DNA of 64,000 nt from Cirrosporium novae-zelandiae (GCA_026023565.1 JAPETS010000007.1:124001-188000), one strand, 5' to 3'; positions 40,452-53,823 are shown, counted from the stretch's first letter. Numbers and translations: made by a program. Notes: generated by a model from the letters alone, not told the origin.

Positions 40452-41328
40452 ATGGCGTCTCGAGGAAATTTTCGCGGTCGGGGAGGTGATTCAAGAGGTG
40501 GCAGGGGTGGCTTCGGTGGTCGAGGTACTTTTAATCTTGCCAACATTACTCCTAGCCGATGTGTCTGACTTACCTGAATAATAGGACGAGGCGGATTCCA
40601 GTCCTATGGTCCTCCTGCTACTGTCCTAGGTATGGTTTTTGCAATGTATATCATATGACATTAATTAATTAATTACTTTTAGAAATGGGGACATTTGTTC
40701 AAGCCTGTGAAGGTGAATTGGTGTGCGAATCCATCAACCCTAAGATACCATACTTCAATGCTCCTATTTATCTCGAAAACAAGGTGAATAGCAGCCACAT
40801 ATCCTCTAAGGGATCTGACCTAATGGTGAACAGACCGCCATTGGAAAAGTCGACGAGATCCTCGGTCCGATCAACCAGGTGTATTTCACGATAAAACCAC
40901 AAGAAGGGATAGTTGCGACATCATTCAAGCCTGGAGATAAATTCTATATTGGGGGTGATAAACTTCTCCCACTCGAAAAGTGTGTTTCTCTACAATAAAA
41001 ATATTCAATTACTGACCATCTGCTAGATTTTTGCCGAAACCACCACCACCAGGTCGGTTCTCCCTGATGTCAATATCAAACTATGACTAACGTTACAACA
41101 GGTGCTCCGAAAGTCAAGCGTGCTGGAGGAGGCATGAGAGGTGGTCCAGCTAGAGGAGGTCGAGGCGGGTTTCGAGGAAGAGGTGCTCCACGAGGTAGAA
41201 GTGGTTTTGGGGGTGGAAGTAGAGGTGGTACTAGAGGTGGTGGTTTCAGTGCTGGTAGAGGGGGTGGGAGAGGTGGCTCATTTCAAGCGAGAGGTGGATT
41301 CAGGGGACCTAGGGGAAGAAATTATTGA
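40452..41328 (+). CDS. GAR1: H/ACA snoRNP subunit Gar1; 5 introns
   Basis: RGG-rich termini flank the core [42 protein letters not shown]...KLLPLEKFLPKP. Confidence 0.96.
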
Positions 41329-42038
41329 GTGTCTTGATGATGCTTCTCTATTATGCTCAGGCGTCTGGATAGTCTTCACTTGCATTTCCTAAGGGTGGGA
41401 AAATTGTTGGGTTCGAAACGACCCATGTAACACTGAAAATAAGAATTTTAGAGCCTACAACAGTGTTTAGCATGATAGCCATGCTCATCATGTCAAGGTA
41501 GAGATCTCCACACGAAATAAAATTTGGAAAAAGAAAAGAAAAAAAAATCCGAACTCTCGGATAATAGATGCAACAGTACTAAGGATCCTTTTCGTGCCTC
41601 TGTCCAAATTCCGCGGAACAGGGACATATTTACGACGCCCAAAAGGGCAATTAGTAATAGGAGGTTATTGCTTGGGGATTAATATTAATTACGGCTCTCC
41701 CGTGCGCTTCCAGCTAATACAGGTGTTCCAATCAAAAGGGTTGTGACAATCTTCTGTGAATCGTTGGGGATAAACTACAAATTTGGGTTCACGATTTTGG
41801 TGTGAAAGTTGTAAGCCGATGCTTGGTTGATCTCGCTCCACTGCCCTGATGTAAACGAAGGGGGCGTGGACAACGTCATTTCTACCCCAGTTCGCGGTGC
41901 CTTTTAAGTCTGCGCCTGCGAAGCACTTTCCCACAAAATATCCTACATAAACTCCCACTCTACAACTATCACACCTCCCAAAATCCAAAATTGTTTATTA
42001 TCCTCTATATTAGCGCTACGAACAACTATCAAATCAGT

Positions 42039-42975
42039 ATGTCTCGCAGAGGAGGCCTCCCAAATGGCAAAGAGGCCGGAAACGATGTCCAACCATCGGA
42101 TAGCCAGGATAAACAGCGAATTTTACTTTCTTCGTACAGTGGACACTTCAGTTTAGTGAGGTAACAGACACCAGACAGTGTGCTTTACGTATGGAAATTG
42201 ATCATGGAATACAGGGCCCTCCATCTGGCAGATATGATAACTGAGCTCAATGGTAAGCAGCGCCTGAAATTGCCTTTGTTCAAATTCTCATTTGCTAACT
42301 AGGGCTATGTCTTCAGGCTTTTGCGGTAATTCATCGTTAGATATGATAGATATAACAACTAAACTTTAGCAGGCATCATGTCTATTTTCAGTTCAATGCG
42401 ATACTGCCTTGATGAGCCAGGAAGCCTTACAAATCTATGGGCAGCCCTAGCCTTCATGCCCTTTGGCCTTTTTTTCGATTTCATGGATGGCAAAGTTGCA
42501 CGATGGAGAAGGAAGTCATCCATGATGGGTCAGGAACTTGATTCTTTGGCAGATCTGGTAAGAGCATTCTTCTAATTTAATACGACATTCTCTAATGGTG
42601 CCTCAGATCTCGTTTGGGGTCTCTCCAGCTGCAGCCGCCTTTGCGCTGGGTATCCGAACACCCTTAGACCACCTTCTACTTGCTTTCTTCGTCCTTTGCG
42701 GTCTCACTCGGCTAGCACGATTTAATGTAACAGCATCAGTCATTCCAAAAGATAAGGCTGGAAAAGCTTCATACTTCGAAGGGACTCCAATTCCCACAAC
42801 GCTGTCTATTGCTGCCGTGATGGCATACTGGGTCTCTCAAGGATGGATACACGAAAACGTGCCTCTGGGGGTTTTAGCAAAGGACACCATGTTCGAATTT
42901 CATCCAATTGTGGGTCTATTCATCCTCAGCGGATGTCTGCAAGTCAGCAAGACTTTGCACATACCCAAACCTTAG
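42039..42975 (+). CDS. CHO1: Phosphatidylserine synthase; 4 introns and a 9-nt micro-exon
   Basis: [25 protein letters not shown]-alcohol phosphotransferase motif [11 protein letters not shown]...[30 protein letters not shown] and SKTLHIPKP. Confidence 0.95.
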
Positions 42976-44270
42976 AAATGAAAGTGACAAGGGATATGAG
43001 GCTTGGGAGAAGGATTGTCTTCCCAGCGGATGATTGATGACTTTCATTGACCAGAATACATGTGGCATTGAAGAGTACTTTGCGAATGATGACGCAGGTT
43101 CATGAACTATGACTTATTTGTTCTATATATCATTCGTCTACGATGCGTGCATGCTATATACAACGTTAACCCGAATTGGCTGATCAATATTGTGGATTCA
43201 AGCCTGGGCTTACCATAGCTCGGTTATTTCACCTAGAGGCTTCCCGGTAATCCATAAGTAAAATTAAGTCTTACTTAAAGACTCGCACTCTGTTCAGTTT
43301 CTACTTTACTTGAAGGCTCACCGTATGCAAGAGCTCAGGTGTGAACATTTGATTGGCCTCCCTTGTCGTCTGTGAGGGTGATACATAGTATACACATACT
43401 AATAGTCTAGAACTGTAGAGGCGACTGTTATTGTGATGCTTGTATTTCCTTCGAACGTGTGGTCCTTTCAAACAATTTATATGCATATCAAGCTTTTCCA
43501 CGTGATAGACCTAGCACCGAGACTATGAGATGGTAGTACATCTTCATAATCTGTGGCGTGGGTTTGAGTGATGGGCTTGCTGGTGGCGCATCTGTATGCA
43601 TGATTGTACATGTCATATCAAGACAGTTATGTAGGGAAGCGAATTGAAGCTCATGGTGTTGTATATCTGGCGCATATCTAACAATATAAATGAAATAATA
43701 GTCTATTCAATACAACAGAGATTAGTTATGCATGTTTTGTAGTGTCTGGATTTATGAGATTCGGAGCCAAGTGACGAATACCATTCAGGATTCGACTGCA
43801 CAATAGTCATTTTAAGAGTGATACGTAACCCCCGATCTTTATTCATGGACGGTTAAAAAGTTAGAATGGTACTCGTAAGGCTAAGATAAGACCTGCTTAG
43901 CAGATATAATTAGCCGGGAACAGTGAGTAGCACCAATCTATACTATCCTGGTCTCATCCGGATGGCATCGGATTCTGATAACAGCATAGGAAGAAAAAGG
44001 AAAGTTGGTGTGTAGAGATGATGTATATGCCCGATTTTGGGTTTTTCCTGGGAGGGATTTCTTGCAATGAAGTCTCAGATAGACAGTCATCTGGCCTCGG
44101 ACTTTAGGTGAAGTTGAGGAAATTTAGATGATAGTAGCTCCTGGAGTCTTTCTGGTAGTGCGCCTCTAATGTAAGGCACGACTCCATGAATGAAACATGC
44201 CCGTGGGTAAAATCAGGGTTGATCGGTCTCCTCTGTAAATTGGCGGGAAACATTGGCTGCCATAGGTTGA

Positions 44271-44320
44271 AAGCAGCCCAAGGTAGCCTAAGGTAGCCTA
44301 GAGTAGCCCAAGGGAGCCCT
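44271..44320. repeat. Five imperfect 10-bp tandem repeats
   Basis: aagcagccca/aggtagccta/aggtagccta/gagtagccca/agggagccct. Confidence 0.7.
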
Positions 44321-45467
44321 GAACTAGGGCCACAGCCCCAAAGGGAGACATTTGTGAGGACTGAAAAAGGGACCTAGTATTTGTAGAGCCCAGTAACATT
44401 AATAGACTCTTTGTAAAGTCTCGCATTAGAGTGCGAGGGCGAATAGCGAAAAGAAGCATGAGCCAAGTCGCCAATTCCGAGGAACCTTGCCGATTTTACC
44501 CTTTACTTTACTTTCCCTCTGACTCTCTCACGTTTTCTCACGTTTCTCACTACTCTCTCGCTCTCTCATTCTTTCTAACCTACCAATAACCGCCAAGCCC
44601 CAAAAAGACCTTTCCGACCTCTCAACCGAAAGCAACCCCTTCTCTTCCATCACTCACTACGACTCGAAAATACACCACAATCATTTGAAACATTCTGATA
44701 TTCTGCCAACGTCTCGTACACACTTTTTTCGACACCCAACACTCTCTTTGAATGTATCGGGCGTAATGACAATCATTTGTTCCTAGAATTGTCAACTTCT
44801 CAACCTGTTGATCCCCCAATCCTGCTCATCTGAATCGGTCGCTTCGGCCGTCACACCATTACATCCAGGGGCTACCTACGCTCTAACCCACAAACATCAT
44901 CAACCACATTCCAAGTTCCTACTCTGAACTTTTGGACGTCTTTCTTCTCTAACCTCTCTGCAACTTACTTTTCGATCGAGCCACGTTCAAGACTAATTTT
45001 CCTCTCGAGGCCTGACCTCGGAGGCCTCCACAAACATCGACGACGAGTTTTTGTCCATGTCCTTACTATCTTCCATTGCCACGACACAATCAAGAGCTTG
45101 CCTGATATAATAGAACGGGTGTTGAACGCCCACTGCGAAGGAACCGCGGATATCAGGTCAGCCTCATCTCATTATATTCTTGGAGTCTAGTTTCTTTTGG
45201 TAGCTAGCCCGTGGAAGTGGGAGCACAATTACAAACAATTTCAACTGGATTATTTTTCTTAGGCGTGTTACCTGACGTGACGTTATTCAACGATGGATAA
45301 TTCATTGTTGGGTTGCCACTGTCACTGCGCTGAAGATCACAACAAACAAAATTTCCATTTGCTAATTTCATATCCACAGTTATCCACAACCATCAACCTA
45401 AGTTGGATTTATTCCCTCTTCTATCCCTATTGAATTTTTCTCACCACCACGATAAACTTCTATCATC

Positions 45468-46452
45468 ATGAAGCCAACGTTCATCTCTGCTGCTTTATCA
45501 GCCTCCATTCTCCTGGCCTCAAAACAGGTACTTAGCCAGTCAACTGCATCTGCGTCATCTACACTAGTTCTCAGTGCTATGACCTACGAAGGGTGTTTCG
45601 ATGATGCAGGCCCATTGGTGGATCAGGGCTCGTATACATATCAGTCCCCAGGGTACTGCCAGACCGTTTGTGTGAAGTTGAACAAGGCTGTGATGGGCTT
45701 AAAAAGTGGTTCAAACTGCTGGTGTGGTAATTTGATACCAGCAAACTCTAGTTATGTCTCGGAGTCAAAATGTGATTCGTCGTGCGACGGATACGATAAG
45801 GATATTTGTGAGTTCATATACTAATACATCGATGACGATTATACTAACTTGTTGCTTCAGGTGGGGGAAGCAAGACCTGGTCGGTTTATCTAACAGGTGT
45901 AGACAACGGTGTCGGCTATGCCGACTCAGATAGTACGAGCACTGATGGTGCAACCAAAACAACCAAGGGCTCTGGCGCAGGAAAGACTCAGCAACCATCG
46001 GTTATTACGGCGGCTGGTAAAACCATAGTTATCACAGCCTCCAGTCAAGCAAGTGATATAGCTGCATCCGAGTCAGCATCCAAAGCTGCGTCAAGCGGAA
46101 CGAACAAAGCTGGCATCGCTGCAGGCGTCGTTGTTGGTGTTGTTGTTCTTGGAGCTGCGGCGGGGGGTGCGTTTTTCTATCTTCGCATGCGAAAGAGAAG
46201 GCAAGTCGAAGAAGAATACCGTCGTAACGCAGCCGAAAACCCCTTCACTGGAAAAATACCCCCGTCAACTGCAATGTCTGACTCGAGACTCGACCCATCA
46301 ATTGCAAGTTATCGACGGCAAAGTGTGGGAAGTATTGCTGACGAGCAAGACTTTTCCAGGAGGATTCTCAAAGTAAGCCTATGATATTCCATCTTCACGA
46401 ATATCACCCCTAACTTAAGTTGCCTTAGGTTACCAATCCCGATGGTAGTTAA
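45468..46452 (+). CDS. WSC-domain cell-wall stress sensor (Wsc1/Slg1 family); 2 coding introns
   Basis: Signal peptide, WSC domain (YEGCF...CQTVC...CWCGN...CDSSCDG..DICGG), S/T region, TM AGIAAGVVVGVVVLGAAAGGAFFYL and tail DFSRRILKVTNPDGS. Confidence 0.92.
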
Positions 46453-47440
46453 GCAGTACTAGACTGCCCATATAGTTCAATATACCTTCCCTGACGTCAA
46501 TTATCTTACGACGAGCGTCGCTTTTTTTCTATCCTATCTTCACGATTTTCATGGTGTTTGTAAGAGGCGCAATGGAGGGGACATGTCTTTGGTGGAATTG
46601 CCTTCTGGGCTGTCGAACCTCGAATGGATTTTCCCTTAATCTACCGAGAGATCGAATGGAGCGTGTACCGAATACCCGTCGGGATTGGTTTCTAGAGTTT
46701 ATTTTTGAGGTCATTTAGCGTTTTATTCCGGGCCTATTGAGATTGAGATCCACTGTATTATCGGACTCGCTCGTGCAATAGTCCTGTGAGAAGGGGTTCA
46801 AATCTTCACTGGTATATGATTAGCTTCGGGTTGCGACAAGAGTGACGGATAAAAAAAAACAGAGGATCATTAAGCTGCTTTACTTCCATCAAGTTTTTCT
46901 ATGGCTGCAACTTATTAATCAGACCAAAAGATTACAGTTGCAGCAAATGCAATCATTTGAAGATTTGAAAATACTTGGATTTATGGTTATAACATAGTTT
47001 GTAGCCAAACCCCTCGAATATCTCACTATCATCTAGAGTTACTCCTAGAGTAAATGGTAAGGAATTGGTATCTAGTTTCATAGTTTTATATACTTGTGAG
47101 CTAAAGTTGATGCATTCTATCTAATATATGTTGACATCAGCTTTAGGGGAGAGCACTCTTACTTAATTATCTCAATTCTTAGCCCTCTCAGAATAGAGAA
47201 TTATTAAGCTCCCCCCCTTGTAACTACATTAATTAGTTGTTATCTCTTGGTTGTGGTGCTGATTATCTAAATTTTATGGTTATTTGTCTCTTGTTCTGGT
47301 GAAGATAAAGCGATGCGCACAGAACTCTTTGACCCCCTCATCCAAAATAAAAATCCATCTAAAGATTTAAACGGTTCGTTGTAACTCATCAGCGGAGCAC
47401 TTCTATTCCCAAGTAATTAGCAAATGGAGAATGTACTTGG

Positions 47441-47684
47441 TATACAGGTGGATCCCAAAATAAATGGGACTCATAGACTAGTTTCCTCACTATTTGCCCG
47501 CCAAATGGTGCATATCAATATAATATTAATGCAACAATAATTGTTTACAAATAACGATAATAGAACAATCAATCATTGGTAGACAATTATAGCATTATTG
47601 TCAATATGAAAATATTCAAATAATAGTAAAAAGAAGAAAAAATGAATTTGTGAGTCCCGCTTATTTTGGGACCCGCGTGGTATA
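47441..47684. mobile_element. Degenerate MITE (about 236 bp) with about 31-bp imperfect TIRs, flanked by TATA
   Basis: Left arm tata|CAGGTGGATCCCAAAATAAATGGGACTCATA. Reverse complement of the right arm tata|CCACGCGGGTCCCAAAATAAGCGGGACTCACA. Interior is AT-rich and non-coding. Confidence 0.7.
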
Positions 47685-47926
47685 CTAATTAAAAGTAGCG
47701 TTGTGTGAGGAGTTCAGGGCCAGGGGTTCACCAGCCAATCGTGCCAGTACCAGCCTACTCTCAAACTGCGGGGATCGGGTTTCGGGATTTGGATAGACCT
47801 TTTCCGACCTTTCCCTCATCATCGTGGGTCAGCTACTACCTAACGACGCGTCCTCCTGCAGGATAAACCTCCTCCGTTTATATCTAATTAAGCCATGTTT
47901 CATTGATTATCACTGTTCTCATTGTC

Positions 47927-50900
47927 ATGGCTCACTTCCTTCGAGGTAAGCAAGTCGGCATTCAAAACGACCTTTCTGCTGGTTTACACCCAGAACTCTT
48001 CGTTCTTGATGATGTAAGCCCCACCTATCACTTCTCATTGCCAGAGAAATGCTGCTAATAAGGAAAATAGTTCGCACGTTATGGAATCAACTCTCAGGTC
48101 GGAACTCTTGCTTATGACCCTGTGCAGTCTCTATTAGCCATAGGAACAAAGGATACACAGTTTGGACCAGGGAAGATATACGTGTTCGGTCAAAAGCGGG
48201 TTTGTGTAACTTTCGAGTTGCAGAGGAGGGCATCCGTACAAACACTGCAATTTTGCGCAGAAAAACTCATATGCATTGATTCGAAGAATGACATATCCAT
48301 CTTCTCGCTTCAGACCCGAGAACTACTTGCGTCATATGCGCCTCCTGGACTTATAACTGCCTTTGTTACTGATTTAACACTTGACTATGCCTTCATTGGC
48401 CTTCAAACAGGGGATATTGTTGCATATGACTTGGATAGGGAGACTCTTACCCCATATAAGATATCAAATCTTTGGTGGGAGCTGAACCCAAAAGCTCGTA
48501 TATCACCCGTCCTATCTCTTGCTTTCCATCCTAAAGACTTAGGAAAGCTCCTCATAGGCTATGGAGAAGGTGCTATCACATATACCTTCAAACACAATAA
48601 ATCGCAGAGCATTTTCAAAAATGTTGGGAAGCCACGTCTAATACAAGCATTATTCCACCCTACAGGGACGTTCGTACTTACAATTCATGAGGACTCAAAT
48701 TTGGTTGTCTGGGATCCCAAAGACGGAAGGATCATTACAGCCCGAACAGTGCAAGATATAGCAAATGCCGTAGTTGGGGTGAACCAACCGCTTTCCAAAG
48801 TCGCATGGTGCTCAAAAGAGAACCCGGATGATACAGGCATTCTGGTAGCTGGTGGTTTGCTTTCAACCTCTTCTGTCCGGTATTTGACCTTCCTTGATCT
48901 TGGTCCAACACCGATATATGCAACTTCATCTTGGCAAATATTATCTGAGCATTTCGAGAAACCAAAACGTCAAATAAAGCTTCCCCTTCCAGATAATGCT
49001 GATGTCGTTGATTTCTGTCTTATTCCCCGATCATCTCCACATTATGTCGGAGCCAATGACCCAATTGCAGTTATTTGTGTTCTATCCTCGGGTGAACTTA
49101 TAACTCTTAGCTTTCCCAGCGGTCATCAAATTACACCTACGAATCAGCTACACGTCTCGCTTTCATTTGTTCACCCTTTCGCAGGTCAAATGGCCCTGGC
49201 GAACATAGATAGGACAAGATGGTTGGGAATGACAGAGAAGAGATCACATGGCCCACTTATTCTGAAAGGTGGAGCTGAAACTCGTCATCCGCTCAAAAGA
49301 TTCGAGAAAAGAAATGTCACGCTCATCTCACATGCAGATGGAACCATACGTTTGTGGGATGCGGGTCATGATGATGAAATCGAAAATGAAAGTGTTCTAC
49401 AGGTAGATGTTGCTCGTGCAGCTAGTTTGACGGATGGAGTATTCGTTACTCAAATGTCTCTTTCAGGAAGTACAGGTGAGCTTGCCGTAGGTCTGAAAAG
49501 TGGCGAGGTCACCATATTTAAATGGGGAATAAACCACAACCATGAACAGGATCTACCACTAAAAGAGAATGACGGTCCTGGAAATATCACGAATATTGTT
49601 GATCGTGCAGACTCTTCGCTCAAGGAAGGCTTGCTTCCATTCATATTGTTTAATCAGCAGAGAGGATCCGTCACTGCACTGAAAATGAGCGATGTGGGAT
49701 TCATCGCTGCTGGCTATGAGAACGGAGGCCTTGATATTATTGACATGAGAGGGCCCACTATAATTTTCAGTGCCAAAGTAGAAGATTGTGCCAAACAACA
49801 ATCCAAACGTGGAAGTTTGATAAGAAGCAGTAGCAGAGCAGGACATTCAAAACCTGAATGGCCCACGTGCATCGAATTTGGGGTAATGTCATTGGAGGGA
49901 GATAGTAAGTAGAAAATATCTAAAACGGGTCACATCTAACAAAGAATAGGTTTCTCGAGTATTATCTGTTTCGTGGGTACAAACCTGGGCCGTGTCGCGT
50001 CTTTCAAGCTACTACCTCGACAGGAAGGTGGCTATAGTGCTCAGTTTGCTGGCGTGATGGCTTTCGATGACCGAGTTATAAGCATCTCCCCCATCAACGC
50101 AGATACAGGTGCAGCCGCACCTGCTAACCCAGAACTTGTCTCCGGTCTCACGAGTGGCTTAAAGATTCGTGGAGTTGTTGTAGCTGTTACACCCAACAGT
50201 GCATATATATTTAAACCAGCTTCCGTGAAAGGTGCCCATAAATCATTTGATGACTACCTCTGCGACTGTGCTGCCGTCGCTCGGTTTGAAGACCAAGGCT
50301 ATGCCTTGGTTGGGCTTTTCGGAGATGGTTGTGCAAGGGCGTTTTCTCTTCCTGCCTTGAAAGAACTTGGTAGTGCTAAGATTAATCACATTTTGGATAT
50401 TAAGAGATTCTCTGAATCCATCATAACCGGCTCCGGCGATATATTTGGATGGGTTGGACCGTCAGAGATGGCGATTTTGAATGCTTGGGGAACAGGGCGA
50501 GCATTGTGGGTATCCCTAGCTTAGAATTGGCAGTATGCTAACAGATAGTGCAGACCACAGTCTCAAGATCAGCTATTTAACGAAGAAGCCCTTATTCCTC
50601 CTCGCCCCACGATCTCAAACCTACAATGGATCTCCGGTACTCAATTTGTGTCCGCTTCGGATATGGATCTTCTTATTGGTGGTCCAGATCGTCCTCCATC
50701 CAAGCGTATGCTCGCTCAGATGCGTGCAGAAGAGCAACAACGACGAGCTGCCTCTCGCAATCCTCAAGCGTCCTCCTCCGCTGCAGTTGATAAGCAAGAG
50801 GAAGGATACTGGGCATCTATGCAGCGACAGTTACAAGAGCGTACTGAGAAGTTAGGTTTGGCTACTGATTCTATGGATAGGCTGGAAGAAAATAGTTCTG

Positions 50901-51037
50901 GATTTGCAGACGATGTTAGCAAATTTGTTGGTAAACAGAAGAAAAACATAATGATGGGGGGTAAGTATAATCTACGCCATTCTCCTATGAACCTAGGTCT
51001 AATCCAAATAGCTTTTACGTCAAAATTCGGACTTTAG
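47927..51037 (+). CDS. SRO7: Lgl/tomosyn family exocytosis protein Sro7/77-like; 4 introns
   Basis: LAYDPVQSLLAIGT, WD-like repeats, Lgl C-terminal region (GSVTALKMSDVGFIAAGY, IIDMRGP) and a C-terminal coiled coil (ERTEKLG...MDRLEENS). Confidence 0.92.
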
Positions 51038-52497
51038 GCTATTCCCACGGTGCTTGGGAACGCAAACGATTACCCAAGGAAGAAACTAAAGTTATAGATG
51101 AAACTTCAGAGTTTTCTCAGGAATGTTGTCGAATAGGCGTTCTAGAGTTTTAAAGGACGCTCCTCTTACATCTGTAGGAACCTATCTCGGGATCTATGTA
51201 GTGCTATAGGATGGTTCTTGGACTTTTATATATTTGCATCTAGGATAGAAAATAATTGCTCAAGATGTACTTGGTAGTGTGTTCGAAGTACCTGGGAGCC
51301 ATCATCAGTGAAAAAATCGAGCAGAAAAGGAAAAAAAAACCAATTCTTTGAAATTCATTATAAATGACTATGTCTCTAAACGTGACGCCTCAATGCTTGA
51401 ATATCATCCAAATATATTTTGGTCCTCTAAACGACGAGGAAGGAACGTGGCATTTTACTGTCATCATGACACAGTCCTCGTTGGTCGAACCCAGGGTTGG
51501 TTCATATGTGAAAATTGATAAACGATAATGTTTCTTTGGTAGCAATGAATCGTGTGTTTGGAAGTGGGAAATATTGCCCTTGCTATGTATGATCTTATTG
51601 CAAAATGGACTTTCTGATCTGGATTCCTTTGTCTGCATTTACTAGTTGGACGATCCCCTTCGTAGTAAACAAAGATGGTGAACAATGTTAGTGACTAACA
51701 AAATAGAGAGGTAAATAACGAATGTAAATGTGACCGAACACTTAGAATCCTTAACTTGCCTATCCATATCATCGACTTGTATCTTTGGAATCCTATTGAC
51801 TACACTTCTAAAGTCTTACTGTCCGTTGTTTCTACAAACATACATAGGATTTTTCTCCATCAAACCAAACAGTCTCAATACCTCACTGGAGGAATGAATG
51901 GGAACCACACCGCTCCAAGCCCGCTTCCCTCAATTGTGGCCATCCCCTACCCGGCACAGTTACTCTCTCCCCCCTTCCACCATCATCATCATCACCAGAT
52001 TTACCCACATAATCCCATAACCTCCCCAGTATTTGCTATGAGTGTGACCGTCGTAAGCTTCGGGGAAGCGTGTAGTAGTCAATCAAGAAGAGCTATAAAC
52101 CCCAGATCTCCAACCTCCGAACCAAAGTCGACAGACAGGGCTAGAGAAATCCTTTGGGTAGAGGATAGCAAGATTATGGAACAGGCGCAGGAGAAGTTGG
52201 AGGAGCAGATTGACAGACTGAAGGGATGGGAGATATGAGAAAATTAAGACGTTATTGGCTAACTTTGAGGTAAATTGGGGGTGGTTGGAGAAGTATGTGA
52301 AGTGATAAAGCACACGGTAGTTTGTGAAGGTCTGTGTCTCTATCACGGGCAAGTACTCATATGTTAGGACACATGTATATGTACCTGATAAAAAATAAAA
52401 GATCCCCTTAAAGTTTCCAAAACTATATCGTGCAATTTCTACAGCAAACAGACATTAATTAGATCATAATTCGATACCCTAGAGTCCTAATGTCCAT

Positions 52498-52551
<54 letters not shown>
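52498..52551. repeat. Perfect (AAC)18 microsatellite
   Basis: 18 consecutive AAC units downstream of the ASF1 stop codon. Confidence 0.95.
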
Positions 52552-52555
<4 letters not shown>

Positions 52556-52762
52556 AAAGGAAAGAATAGGGAGGAACTGATTCATTATTAATTAGAACTA
52601 GATATCCTGTTCTCTGGACTGTAGCTCTATCACGTGACAGTAGTCTGCTCGCTGTATCCATGTATTCATGTATTTGATGAAAATCTCCCACACATTGCAT
52701 TCTGGAATTAACCCCAGGACGCCATATAGACATATTATTCTTTTCCCTATCCAAGGTGGCTC

Positions 52763-53823
52763 TCAGTGAACCATCACTTCGCCCTGTTGCTGTTCTTGTA
52801 TGGACTGTTGTGCAGACTTATCCACAGCAGGCTTTTGTTCATCATCCCCCATTTCCATGTCTTCGTCTCCATCACCCTCTTCATCCTCTTCGTCTTCTTC
52901 CTCATCACTACCACTGCTTTCAGCCTCAAGATCTTCACTCCCAGCATCAGAGGCTTCATCTTCTTCTTTAACAGGAAGAGCACCAGAGGTCTCTTCTACG
53001 CCAGCCATCTCCTCATCTTCTGCATTGTTGGCTGTTGGTTCTGCGGTTGCTTCGCCTTCTTCTTCCAGCTGCTCTTCTTCCTCTTCCTCAACACCATATG
53101 TAGCACCATCATCTTCCTGGGCATCAACATCTGGTTGCTCGGGTGGGAATTCGGCTGGGGCAGATTCATCAGAATCCCTGTATGTAGATATTGAATATTA
53201 GTCATCGCGCTCGATCTCAATACAGCTTTAAAAATCCATATCCTCACCATTTGATGGCAAATCGAGTGACTCTTGGCTTCTCTGCGAGGATGTTTCTTCT
53301 GACACGTTCCATTACGGGTTTCGCAGGTGGTTCTGCATTCAATTCCTCGCTATCATATTCGTTATTAACATAGTAGCCTACTCGGACGAATTCTCTTCCA
53401 TCGTAGCTGCATGTAAGCAGAATAACGGTGACGCCGAGAATTTCATCTTTGGGAATGCGCTGGAGGTCTGGTGGGTTGGCTTCAAAAACGAATTTGTTAA
53501 TTCCTACTGGAATGGGACCAACAAGAAGAGTGTCGAGTTCTTGGTCATAGTCGGAACTTGGGCAGGTTAGACAAACAAATTGAATACTGGTATGGAATAC
53601 AAAAGGTGTGAGCCGTACGACGTGGCAGATCCAACGTAGGTGAGCTTCCATTCAAGATCTAGAAAATAGTATGAGTAACTCTGAAGTATAGGTTTGTGAG
53701 GATTGTTTCTGTACCCTTCTGAAGACTCTCCAGGCATTCGAAAGTAATTTCAAACTCGTAAGAAGCGCTGAAGGGGGCAGGGTTGTTGTTGATCTTGACA
53801 CCGAGTAAAGAGACTACCGACAT
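52763..53823 (-). CDS. ASF1: Histone H3/H4 chaperone Asf1; 3 introns
   Basis: [18 protein letters not shown]...[46 protein letters not shown] and [11 protein letters not shown]; acidic tail. Confidence 0.97.

Noticed and set aside
43085..43185. Possible C/D snoRNA (ATGATGA...CTGA) downstream of CHO1
   Set aside because: No terminal stem and no rRNA-complementary guide that I could recognise; it sits in a probable 3'UTR.
1..46452. Cell-wall gene cluster (FKS1, GT-like, Kelch-TM, SLM1, CHO1, WSC)
   Set aside because: The genes are spread over 46 kb among unrelated housekeeping genes, with no evidence of co-regulation.
52479..52754. ORF with a poly-Leu run
   Set aside because: Artefact of the (AAC)18 microsatellite.
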